From assembly GCA_017499595.2 (NCBI GenBank), contig CM039006.1, forward strand, positions 1,922,001 through 1,986,000: DNA of 64,000 bases, given 5' to 3'. Both the position numbers and the translations under genes were made by a program. Numbering within the stretch: position 1 is the stretch's first letter; the number at the start of each line of letters is the position of its first letter. Shown piece by piece: positions 32,601-42,731 of the stretch. The DNA comes from Psilocybe cubensis. Lineage: Eukaryota. The notes beneath the pieces are model-generated. The model was given only the letters and a program-made list of their open reading frames with translations, did no database searches and was not told the origin of the DNA.

Positions 32601-33558
32601 ACTTGATGGCGCGAAGATAATAAATGGCGTACGAAGAATCATGAATGGTGAGCTTCGACATCTGCTTGATCAAGTTCTCCACTTCGTCGTCCTTGTGCGC
32701 TTGCTTCTCTTCCTTGTCTAGATCCTGAAAAATGCGCTTGGTCTCTTCCGGGGGATTGTATGGACGTTCACGGGCATCGCGTGTCTCAATGTTAGGAAAC
32801 ATCTCCTGTAAGTACTTCTTGATCTCGTCAAAGACTGATGAGCGCTCTGGATACGAATCCTTTGGAGGAATAAGAGACGTGAAGGGGCGTGCAGAAGGAT
32901 TGTCAAAGATTCCAACGTCAAAGCGGTCTCGTTTAAAGATGATTTCAACTGCCTTGGTGACGTCTTCAATGGAAAAAGGTGAGGAGAGATCGATATGAGG
33001 ATTAAAGACCATGATCTTGCTTTCGAGCGCAGGTCGGAGGGATTCATTGATTCCTAGCCAGAAGTATTGATTGTATTCCGTCTTGGATATCTTGTTGTTG
33101 TTGAGAAGCCAACCAGCAATGCGAATGTATTGCTTCTGATACTCGCGGAAATCGTCGAGAGAGCGCATAGAAAGATTGGAGTGTTGGAAAGCATAAGCAC
33201 GAAGAGTACTCAACGTGAACTTCTGCGTCGTCCTAGCATGGTCAAAGATTTTGAGCATATCAGTCTTGAGTCGTTCCCATTGCTTGGCATGGTGGCTGGG
33301 TAAACCTTCAATGATTTCTCTGCTCTCTTGGTTGCAGCATTGAACCATGTATCGTACTTTGTCATTGTCGAGAGTGACATTGTACTGATCAAAAATGCGG
33401 TCGCAGTGATCCAAGAAGTTCTTGACGTCGACGTAAGATCCAGTGAATTTTGGAGCAGCACTAGATTTAGGAACAGGCATATCGACAGGAGTACGTTGGA
33501 TGATGGTAGTAGCCATAGTGGGAGTAGAGGATGGAAGCGGATTGCCAGAATCAGTCAT
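29674..33558 (-). CDS. gag: Gypsy Gag-protease, 1294 aa
   Basis: APKFTG gag start, CCHC knuckle, ALIDSGS and ILLGRPW protease motifs; long Ser/Pro/acidic tail. Confidence 0.93.
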   Translation of the reverse strand: MTDSGNPLPSSTPTMATTIIQRTPVDMPVPKSSAAPKFTGSYVDVKNFLDHCDRIFDQYNVTLDNDKVRYMVQCCNQESREIIEGLPSHHAKQWERLKTDMLKIFDHARTTQKFTLSTLRAYAFQHSNLSMRSLDDFREYQKQYIRIAGWLLNNNKISKTEYNQYFWLGINESLRPALESKIMVFNPHIDLSSPFSIEDVTKAVEIIFKRDRFDVGIFDNPSARPFTSLIPPKDSYPERSSVFDEIKKYLQEMFPNIETRDARERPYNPPEETKRIFQDLDKEEKQAHKDDEVENLIKQMSKLTIHDSSYAIYYLRAIKLEPALANMLIAPAIMNPSAQPAQPVPIASQSAPPAPRAPRQSTSEIICYGCHQQGHGINNCPTLIDLTNRKLISRDSSNRVVFPDGSRIIRQNGESIAQAVLRQQQPPPPPPPQVATTSIAVSEAYYGQMFKNYRAMVAEEEEDDIGTWDGEDEFEFTLAGPGNQIPTEKRTRAARKQVMDAVVPPEPAYLKGKRAEMSKAKDSSQIPSILKRPANSGLPNNVPSSTSIQPVPIPSINQPSAEMNPSIPVKQAQPNVPIRANPTEHPETAQRHEVFDPADDDQIMEDVTPSLERGKSVTKPRAAPQKRVSDISQTVDTMAILRRCLNQPVNATFGELLGVSKDLRTLLINSIKGKTLTVDEFKASLANGNLKLSDKEVLDIIRSAEKDVPVQYMHETNSVESLRAHEPLLRITLMCNGHELNALIDSGSTQNILSEQAWKKIVKLPMDSRNTIVMVDIHGGKSHMLGFVGNVQLDIGTVRTRAHCYVSDKVQFDILLGRPWTRDNYVDILERPEGTFIAFYDVKDPTREQKFLVTPDTQHDRRYFTDTIYDKTPHTMLAHNDLSLANPDAEEGEIEEDLEPGELLDDLRYPSPTPSMIELSILTRQQSLNRDESANPNEDLSTSQDAPSFSDSNCEHDSTQDSSHGLYASDYDSMYQDDSGTSQFNATAHYGHISTPPYDSTHEAPQIEQPPSPSVNPSIKSHTSDNNDPHEEEPADDDPEMEQLSSPEVEAIQFSSDNTHLTAMGMLNPHLRFEDWILYDATYSSPTRVVSDRTGTAFVHYVYPQRDSHINLTTTPTILHFSRTGISSQSNHSASVSAYPMGQCHSASWTHFIPQSIRSQNASSIPQPHSRSSALPETPLSIMIHQETHVSSTVTANVDEHHRGPKALVHPLRVAHDSPKEPLNEDEEELLIAQNGKEVDHNSSLLPLPITSTMHESRASNMDDGNEWYYQYGEESPFGINNTEEHPLDANTLY

Positions 33559-33733
33559 AGCGTAAACCAGTTACAGAGTCAGAAAGTGTTGCCTAGAATT
33601 GTTGCCTAGAGTTGCCTAGAAAATAGACCAGCGAAGCGAAGTAACCTGTAAAGAAAAAGAGTCGAAATGGATGGAATGGAAGTGATAAAGTGGTAGATTG
33701 CTGTGTTCCTAATACAAAATCCTAATTAACCCT

Positions 33734-33751
33734 CCCTCGCGGTGGGCTCCA
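33734..33751 (-). other. Primer-binding site of Gypsy B
   Basis: TGGAGCCCACCGCGAG 2 nt downstream of the 5' LTR. Confidence 0.65.
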
Positions 33752-33753
33752 GA

Positions 33754-35382
33754 TGAAGATCGAAGTTTGTGATTGGTTATAAACTATATGTAATCCAACA
33801 AACACAAACCCCAGGGAAAGAGTGGTCCAGACTGGATAGGACGAAACCTTCTCCTAAGTTTCTTAAGGGAGGACGCTGCCTAGGATTTAAGTAGATTAGG
33901 ATGGTGTGGATTGTGAAGGGTAACGAAAGCGAAATAGTAAGATGAGGATAACCGGGTCGTCTGGGTACGATAGTAAATAAGCCTTCCGAAAATGGGATGG
34001 AACCGTGGAATTGGATGGCGGGTGTATATGGAAAGCGTGAAGAAGATGCGTAGAATGCGTATGAGAAATCAATAAATGTGAATCTTAGAGGGGTTGTCTG
34101 AAGTGAGTGGGGAACGTTCCGAGGGGAGATAAGAAGATGACTAGGAGTCGGAATGTCGTTAACGGGCTGAATCTTGAAGAATGGTGAAAGTGTCTTTAAA
34201 TTGACAATCTTTCTGAAGCTTGGAATGAAGCTATACATCGCAGGAGTATTGACTGAATCGAGGATGAAAGACTAAGTCTGTCTCGAATGAAATCGCTCCA
34301 GATGAGTTGACGGAGGGAAAGGATGTCTTGAATACACTCCTAACGGCGATGGTTGGAAGGTGTAGAAAGAGTAGGAGCGGTGACGGAGTGAATGGAGGAG
34401 AGGAAGTAGGGAAGTACTGGAGGTCTGGATAGAAGTTGGATATTCAACGCTGAGAAGAAGAGGCGTTGGATGAGGAGGATGACTGGTCTTGGATGAAATC
34501 CTCTCTTAATGGAAAGCGAGATGACTTCGGATGAATGGAAGTAAACTTGGTCTCGACGGAGGGTGGAACTGATGACTGAATTGGACTTGGGTTTGGGCTT
34601 GGCTTGAACTTGAGCTTGGAATTGAAATGAATCGATGTGGATTGACTTGAAATTGACTTGACTTGGATGAAAATTGACTTGCTTTGAAGAAAGTGGGGAC
34701 TGGGTGTAACTTTCCTGTCATTTTGTGTAATTCTACTACAGCTTTTATACTAAAAGCTACGTGAACGAAATACCAATCTAAGCTACTGAAAACCGAGTCA
34801 TATACTGTACAAAGTGTCAAGAATGAGGCTACGCAAGTGTAACAATAAGCAAGAACAATAAGACATGTCAATATCGACACGACGACAGATAAGAAATGAA
34901 TAGGATGAGTAAGAAAGAAGTGTATGACGAAGGTGAATGGTAATACAGATTAGATAAAAGAAGCAAGGATGAGTCAGAAAGCATAGAAGATTGGTAAGAC
35001 AAAGACAATAAAAGCGCAACAGACAATAGAAAAGATATAAATAAACACAAAAGGATGAGTAAGACAAACCAAAAATAAGTTGGAATGAGTAATCCGCAGC
35101 CTGACGCTGAGTAAGACCATTGAATTGATAAAAATAGAGTTGACAGTCCGGCTGTGCAAGGCAGTGTAGAAAGCTATGCAGTTTGATGGTTGACTGATCC
35201 GTCGCATAGCCTTGATGATCTGATGAAGTGACATGATCCGGAATAACGTGGCTCCCATGTGACAAGTGTTGATAAGATAAGATGTGTGGATGACTTATGG
35301 AAAGAATGACTGCTTGGGTTGAGGGCGTCGTGTGTAGATCCAAAATGAACATCTCATCTCCAATCAGGATTGGGGTATGATA
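33754..35382 (-). repeat. 5' LTR of Gypsy B
   Basis: 1629 bp; differs from the copy A LTR at 1 position seen (34724). Confidence 0.95.
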
Positions 35383-35386
35383 CCGC

Positions 35387-36411
35387 GCAGAAACTTGACT
35401 TGGTCAATAAACGTCGCTCCATGCGGACCCGCGTTGAAGCCTTCTGTCGATCCGCTATGACCTTCATGGGCGAAGATGTCTTGGAGGATATTCAAGGGGA
35501 CATCGCTCCCATACTTGACTATGAAGTCAGTGACAACGACGATCCTGATCTTGGAAATGTCAACATTACCCGCGCGGATCCGGAACGACAGCCGCTTCCG
35601 TTTCCCTCCGCCGTCAAACAAGATTTCTTTGACGGCCTTGACGCGGGAACAAACCTCATTTTAAAAGGGCTTCGCAAACTTGAACTTCAAATAAGACATG
35701 GCCACGCAGAGGACTGTCTGGAAGCGGTCCGGTCAGCCTTGATCCAGCTTTCTTGGCAGTATAAATATCAGGTTCGGACCGCCGACTCCGTCTATATGGG
35801 GACTCGTGCTTGGGATGGCGTCAAGCTTTTGAATGCTTCCTGGAAATTGCACCGGCGACTCTACAACACAAACCGTCAGAAGATGATCTATTTATCTGCT
35901 GGCGTGCGAGACGAGGATAATATTCGGAAACAATATCCCATTCTGCAAGTCCATGATTGCAAGCATAGTAATGCCGTGTCGGATCCGAACATTCACGGAG
36001 GAAGCTCGGACCGTCTAAGTTGGATTTGGAGATCCCGTCAGGGCCTGGACAATGATAATCAATTATACGTTAATGAGTGTGAGTACTGCTATTTGTATTT
36101 CTAATTTTTTTCTCAAGGGCTTCTTAGTCTTTAGGCTAAACTGGCTCCGCGCGCGAGCTCAGAGGAATAGATGGCAAGAGGAGCTGGCCTTGACAAAAAA
36201 GGAAATGGAATGGACTGTCAGATTTTATGTGTATATGGCAAAGACATGGCGTGCACGGCATGATTTTGTTCCTGACAGGTTAGTTGGTCACAGGGCAAAT
36301 GCTCAAAAGCAGATTGCCATGTGGAATGATCTGGGGCGGGCCGCGGATAAGGTCTTCCGTCAAATTAACCCGGAGTATCCGTCCGTGTGGAGATTTATAA
36401 TTACAGATTAA
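35387..36411 (+). CDS. KDZ transposase, 3' part
   Basis: Removing Gypsy B restores GKHPST-A-QKLDLVNKRR in frame; C-terminal LSWIWR and WLRARAQRNRWQEE...EM motifs typical of this family. Confidence 0.88.
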
Positions 36412-36455
36412 CCAGTTCTTTGAACATTCTTGTTGTATCCCATCTCGTTGAATTC

Positions 36456-38080
36456 ATGCACTTACCGCGGCTTTTTAAACCTCCTGTCGAGGACGAACAT
36501 CATCTCCTTACCTATGATGAGCGACGTGCTCTGGCCAAAGTTCATGTCCATATTTGTGGTGCACGGATCCGTGCCGGATACCGTTTGTTCATTGCAAACG
36601 GAGACTCTGTTTCCTCCGTGCGTCGCCAAAAATGGATGTATTTGCTCGACCTGGAGGTGGTAAGACAGTAATTTTGAACGATTATATCTTGTATTGAGAA
36701 CTGGTCGTCAGGCTATACTGCTGAGAGTACTCGGATACTGCTATGTCAATGGATTCCAAGTCGATATTCCATTTTTTATATCAGAAATTCTCAATCAGAG
36801 CGTACATGCCGTTTTGAACCGAACTCCCCACCATCGAGCTGTTCTATTTGAATCTCTAAATCAAAGCTGGTCAGCATGGGAAGATGATGAAATTTTAAAT
36901 CAGACCAAGAGCTGGGGATATTGGTGGAGGGACGGATTTGCTGAAGGCGATGAGTGGCAAGTTGCCTTTGTTACCGTTGAATCGCAAGCAAGAGAATTTT
37001 GGAACAAGGTATGTTTTTTTATTGCTGTGGATTATATCTGATTTGCGTCCTTCCCACCAGGTGGTTCTGCCTGAATACCAACAAGAGGTACTCCGGCTAA
37101 ATAATCAGAGGAAAGAAGCTAAGGAGGGCGCAAGTTCATCTACCTCTGGGCCTCCAAGAAATCAGGAAAACAATCCCAAGGGCAAGGGAAAGGCGGCTGA
37201 ACGGACATCCGTCCCCACCTCGGGGAAGCACGGATCCGCGTTGACGGGAAAGCACGGCTCCGCGTTTTCACCGCCCACGGGGAAACCCAATCCGCCGACC
37301 CGTGTTGCAAACACGCGGGATGAAACATCCCCAATTGCAATTTCTGACCACAGACCGCCCTACTGTCCCCGCTGCGGTCAGCCTATCCTAACGGGCGTAA
37401 TGAGGGAGTTGGCTCACCTGCGCCGGAATGTGGCGGACAAAATGAAAAATGCCCATAAAGCAGTGACTACTTCTTCGGCCGCCTTGGGCAGATATTCTGT
37501 ATTGGAGAAGATGTGGATTGACTCTAAGGAGCACCCGTTCTCTAACGGCAAGGGGCTTTCAGCCAAATACAAATTTCAGCATCCCGTTCACCCTTCTCCT
37601 GACAGTTGGGGCGCTATAACGGCTCAAGCCTGGTCCTTCGAGGTCTCAAAGCTCAAAGTCGCTTTATTTTACATCAACGACATTTTTTATTCTTTTATTG
37701 CCGTCAAGGAACTACCTTTTCATCCACTCTGGTATCATTCGCCACCCTCCAACACTGCAAATATTCATCTCCCAACAGATACTCTGCCTACTCCCGGTTC
37801 CGTCAGCCCTCCGTCAAATGCACACACCAACAATGCCTTCCTTTTTAACGCAAGGTCAAGACCTGTTTTCCCGGGAGAAGAGGATGATATTGATAGTACG
37901 TCCGATACCACTGAATCCTCTACACCAGCTACGTTTTTAGAGCATCTCGCACAGGACTTTGAAGAGGAGGCGGATGAGGAGTCTTCCGCCGGTGATACGA
38001 CGGAGGAGTCAGATGCTTCCGGTAACTCGGAAGAGCTTAGCGAGGACGTGTCGGAAACACCCTGGGATGAGGAATCTTAG
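36456..38080 (+). CDS. KDZ cargo: multi-exon protein of unknown function with a CPRC motif and acidic tail (start uncertain)
   Basis: Consecutive + strand ORFs 36387..36671, 36694..37041, 36938..38080 separated by GT-AG intron-like gaps. Confidence 0.55.
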
Positions 38081-38225
38081 TTGCCCACCTCTCGCACAGG
38101 ACATCGAAGAGGAGGCGGATGATGCCTTTTCCGCCGGTAATACGACGGCGGAGTCCGATGATTCCGGTAACCTTGGAAGAGCTCAGCGCGGGCGCGTCGG
38201 AAACACCCTGGGACAGAGAATTCTG
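37945..38225 (+). repeat. Diverged tandem duplication, period 145 bp
   Basis: TCTCGCACAGGAC...GGAAACACCCTGGGA at 37945 and 38090. Confidence 0.85.
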
Positions 38226-38307
38226 GTTGTTCTGTAGCTTTCGTACCGTTTTGTTTTGGAAATATAAAAAAATCTTCCCCAAACCCAACTTCCAAGTCAA
38301 AAACTGA

Positions 38308-39587
38308 TCATATTTCAAAATCAAAAGTGTTGGTGGCCGGTAAATTTGCAAAAAGATCGTACGTAGTAGACCATCCCGCCTCTTGGACTCCCAGCTCTTT
38401 AAATACATTCCTACGCATGTAATAGACTATGACTGCCCTATCTCCCTCGCACACCGCGCCGTGTTGAAGCAACCTGCCGGTAATTGCAACAAGGGTCATG
38501 GGATCATACTTGTACCGAAGTCCAAGGCCAGGAAGCTCAAGCCGTCCGTGTTCACCCTTCCCAAGTGGCATCAAAAAATCGTACCATGAGTAGCATGACC
38601 CATTATCCCGATGGTACGGTGTATCTCGGTTGCTGATGGCGGTCATGACTCCAAAGGGCGAACTCCATATTGTGAGAATTTGCTTCAATATTTCGGCCTT
38701 ATGGACGAACTCCGGTTCCGCAGCAAGCCGTTGAAGAAATTTTATTCCCGCCCGGTACTGCTCGGGGTGTATAATGCTCAAGATGGCTCCCAGCAAAGCC
38801 GAAGATGTCATCATGTCTCGTATAAACTCCTGTCCAATAGGATTACACAAGTCCAAGAAGACCTCAAGCGGGTTGGACGTCTGAGGAAAATATGAGGCAG
38901 TATAATACTTAGCAAACAAGTTTCTCACCTCATGGCCTTGCTGAAACCATGCCGGGGAAAAGTTAAGATTTCCAGGTTGAAGCCAACCTGGCTCATGTCG
39001 AAAGTAACTGTCATTGACCCTCCAGCTTGTGGCCAAAGGTGCCGCCTTGTGAATCATTGTTTCAATATCCCGTAATGAATTCCACACACTCTCCTGTTAC
39101 TCTTTAGAACGCATAATATAGGAATTAATCGGTCCGTTTCTAAAACTCACCACCCTTGTCTCTGACAAAATACCTGGCAGGTACCACACCAATATGTTGC
39201 CTGCACTATCGATTACAGTTCCGGGCAGGGTTTGGTACTGTAACGTGGAATGCACCGGAGGAAACTGGTCTTTCAGGCGAGCCTCAACGGCAGAATTCTG
39301 ACCCGTGCAACGTGCGCTGAGATGGGTCAAATATTCTTCTGCATCCCACGTCGTATATTCTGCCATTCACACATTATTTAATCTCAATTTTCAAAGCTTA
39401 TTGATTGCATACCTTGATTTTCAAATGCCTGCAAAATCACCTCCACAGCTAGATTGCACTCAAACATGGTCTCAGCACTGAAGTTTTCCCGGATTTGATT
39501 AGGCAGTTCTGCATGCCAAAGACGACTAGCTATCTTTGCCTTCATGTAGTTTGAGAGGGATTGGGTTAGCTCAAAGGCATAATCCAT
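38308..39587 (-). CDS. TET/JBP family 2-oxoglutarate/Fe(II) dioxygenase (4 predicted exons)
   Basis: D..GNILVWYLPG, SPAWFQQGH, IIHPEQY, SNRDTPYHRD (HxD), LELPGLG, LLQHG (distal His), GDRAVIVYYMR (2OG-binding Arg): the pattern of basidiomycete TET/JBP proteins. Confidence 0.92.
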
Positions 39588-39712
39588 ACTATCAGGGTAT
39601 GTGGAAAGGAATTTGCTGCCAGTATAATCTATACACCTTATTACATATATTAACGGTCATCCAATGTACGATTCAAGGCGGATATTTGTCGGAATACAGA
39701 AGCGGATGGATG

Positions 39713-40030
39713 AATGGGTCCGTCTGACAGCACAACACGGGTCAAGCGGATCCGTCTGCTTGCAATACACGGGATGCAAATGGACCCGTCCGGCTCATTT
39801 CCGGCCCGTGTTTCTTCCGTGTAGGTAGACGCGCGGATCCCGCAGGCCACCCGGCGGCTCCATTTAGCGCTAAATGGCACGTCATGTACGCTATGATTTG
39901 CCAGGCTAAATCACACGTACATCACGCTAATCTCCTAATTAGGTAGCGGAAGTAAATCCACCGTGTCTCACGTAATATCCTTATTATTAAATCTTAGGTA
40001 ATGTACGTTATAAATAAACTGTCTTATGTG
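39713..40030 (-). repeat. Right terminal inverted repeat (318 bp)
   Basis: Reverse complement of 12869-13186; followed by TSD GTTACAA. Confidence 0.95.
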
Positions 40031-40798
40031 GTTACAAATCCTACAAAAGCCTGTAAGTCGCCTTTCAATGTGTCAATTTTTATTTTTATTTTAATATCAT
40101 CCCACAAAATGCAGAACAGATAAACAGAGAGAGGATTTAAAGGCTCATTGGCGCTTTCGGCAGCCAGACCTTGATGCTATGATTGTACGCACGCGCGGCT
40201 TCTTCTTGACTCTGACAGAGCATATGCTCATTGTCTTTTTTTATAGAACGCTTTACTTTCCTCTTCAACCTCACGAAATGGTAATCAAGGCACCTCGACG
40301 CCAACAAAGAAGGAGGCTTCGAGGGAGCTTCTATTCATTAAGGCCTCCGATAGTGAGGATGACAGCGATGACAGATTGGGCCACGAGCTCCGTCCCACCT
40401 CACCCATCGAGTCTCCCCGTTGCCTTGCCCTATTTCTCACGTCACCAACCAAACCTCGAGACTCGACGCGGTCTGCACCTAGGACGCCATCGGTTGCAGG
40501 ACCATCCACCCCTGTCAGAACTCCCAGATCCTCTTCGCATCGCAAAGCACCCTACAAATCACCTATAAAGCGACCTCAGGCCAAAAGAGAGCCCAGCAGT
40601 CAACCCAAGGCCGAACCTCAGTCGGGTCGGAACTTAATCATTGGACCAGAAATCATCGACTTAACCGTAGAATCGGAAGACGATGTCTTTTACAACCGTA
40701 CTCCATCACGCAAAGCTTCTACGAGAGCCCGAATTCCCAACAAGTCTTCGCAAATCATTGATATGAATAAAGGCGAAATCGTGGACATCTCAGACTAA
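40031..40798 (+). pseudogene. 3' part of the disrupted XPA-C-like gene X1
   Basis: Continues GY-KSYKSL then a GTAAGT donor, at the same position as the paralog's GF-AAAKKL|GTAAGT (near 44037); downstream S/P/R-rich ORF ends at 40798. Exon linkage beyond the first intron is uncertain. Confidence 0.6.
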
Positions 40799-41839
40799 CC
40801 CCAATAACCCTCCTTTCTTGCCAACATCTTGATCTCTATTCTTTTAACTTGCAACTTGGAATTATTTTTTGAAGATCTTGTGTATGTACTCTATTTTGAA
40901 GTTCCCCTTCTTGCTACAACTGTATCAATCATGTACTTATATGCTAACTCAACCACAGCCTCAACATATCCTCCTATATTTGCCACACCTGCCAGTTTTG
41001 TTATTTAGCTGTCTGTTTTCTTGTCCCATGATGTCCATATTCACCAACTTCTAACGATGTATAATACTTTGTTCTTTGTGTAAATCCTACGTTCGAGCCT
41101 TTGTACACTGGACAGCCCGAATGGGTACCTGAGTCCTATTTTTAGCCCATGAATCGATTTCTGCGGTGGGAGAGCAAAATGGTCCCTCGCCTTGCAGGCA
41201 TGTGAGTTAAAAGGTGAGTTGGATAGTTATCTTGATCCTACTTTTCAAATATACTGCAATCCGGTGTTTCTTCGCGGAAGGGACTTGTTACTCTTTAGAT
41301 ATGACGCATAGCATGACTTCGGAAATGCGAGCAGAAAGATGTTTTGACTATTAAAGTACTGTCATAAATCTGTCGTTCTTTCTTCTTTCTTTTTCCCTCA
41401 TATATACAGCAAATGTAGCTTATCACTCGGCGATGGACGGTGATGGCTGAACGGATGATGGAACGCATGCAACGAAAGGATGCATTTGGATTTGATTCTA
41501 TTTTAAGTCTTGTAATTTTCTGTCTTAGGCGCCTGACGCACAGAACAAGGGGTCATATTGCAACGGATCTAGCCAACATAGCCTAAAGGGGTGCAATCAA
41601 TATTCACCGCGGTCTCACTTCCCATAAGTGAACTACCAAAGAAGTACAAAATGGGATGTACACATTTGGATATCTCGGTAGACAGTATTGTCATTCTCAA
41701 TGAAGAATTATAGGATGGTCTTATTATTTACACATGTAAGCCACTGGGGCTAACTCTTCCCAGCATTTGCATAACTGACTCCAGTCTCCAGACATCTTTA
41801 GTCGCTCTACCTATCACCTAAAGTTTCCGACGGCTTGTC

Positions 41840-42731
41840 ATGTATCCAAATGACCCATACAATGATCCACGATACGGGCGTTGGAGTCCTGCATCAGACG
41901 TCAATATTTTTACGCCTGAGCCTCGACTGTCCGGTCAAGCAGAGAACTACCTTGATTCGGTTGGGGAAGGTGAAAAGGTTCTCATTGAATGGAACAATCC
42001 TGACGATGGCGGCATAACCTTCCCCCCAATCCGGAGAAGACAGAACCCTGAGTCAAATTGGAACCAGGATTTGTGGCCAGAAAACCTGGTGCATGGAAAG
42101 GTATTTCTTTATTGTTGGTATGGTATAATATCTAATGTCATCCTTTTGAACGCCGTCAGGATCAATGGAGCAAGAGTCATGTCAAAAGCTTCTATCTGGT
42201 GAGACCGTGGACTCGTACCACAGATTGAGATAGCCTTCAAGTTGCTCACTATAACAATACCATATAGCTAAATGAGGACGATTTGCAAGACCTCTGCTAC
42301 ATTAAAATATACAGAGGTCCAGACTGGAAGTCTCGAGGAACATCTGAGTTCGAATACAGATATCTTGTCGAAGAAGTCGAGTGACGAGCGTGGGAGGTAT
42401 TCGGAGGCCCTCAAGGTTTGGCTGCGGCACAACGAAGGTGAGCTTCAATTGTCACAGGCTAAAGTAATATAGCAACTCACCTTCTAAAAGAGCCAGTACG
42501 TCATTAGCAGAAAGAAGGCGAAACAATTATGAGAAAGAGGTGTGTTCTTGTCATGCATGTTTGATGCTCGTGTGGATGGACACTTATCGAATTTTAAAGC
42601 AACTGCGTCGGAAAATTGAAGAGACCAAGAAACGTGTTTCTAAATCCAAGAAGTCCAAGAAAGCTCAAATAAAGAAGAAGAAAAGGGCCACTCAGAAATC
42701 TAAGAATCAAGCTACAAGTAATGCAAGGTGA
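41840..42731 (+). pseudogene. XPA-C-like paralog X2 with a premature stop
   Basis: SNWNQDLW...LNEDDLQDLCY...YLVEEVE*RAWEVFGGPQG; TGA at 42382-42384 where the paralogs have Arg. Confidence 0.75.

Larger units (their letters stand above)
23901..35382 (-). mobile_element. Full-length Ty3/Gypsy LTR retrotransposon copy B (11482 bp)
   Basis: Two 1629-bp LTRs, PBS, PPT, gag-PR and RT-RH-IN; flanking duplication CCGC (or ACCGC). Confidence 0.97.
12869..40030. mobile_element. Complete KDZ-superfamily DNA transposon with TET/JBP cargo (about 15.7 kb plus an 11.5 kb nested Gypsy)
   Basis: 318-bp TIRs (1 mismatch seen); TSD GTTACAA at 12862-12868 and 40031-40037; internal KDZ transposase; the host gene reads through once the element is removed. 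Confidence 0.93.

Noticed and set aside
35370-36104. MGYDTAQ... ORF as an independent gene
   Set aside because: Its first codons come from the LTR end; the rest is the interrupted transposase exon.
12869-40030. Starship or Crypton-type element
   Set aside because: No tyrosine recombinase; long TIRs, a TSD and KDZ transposase motifs explain the element.
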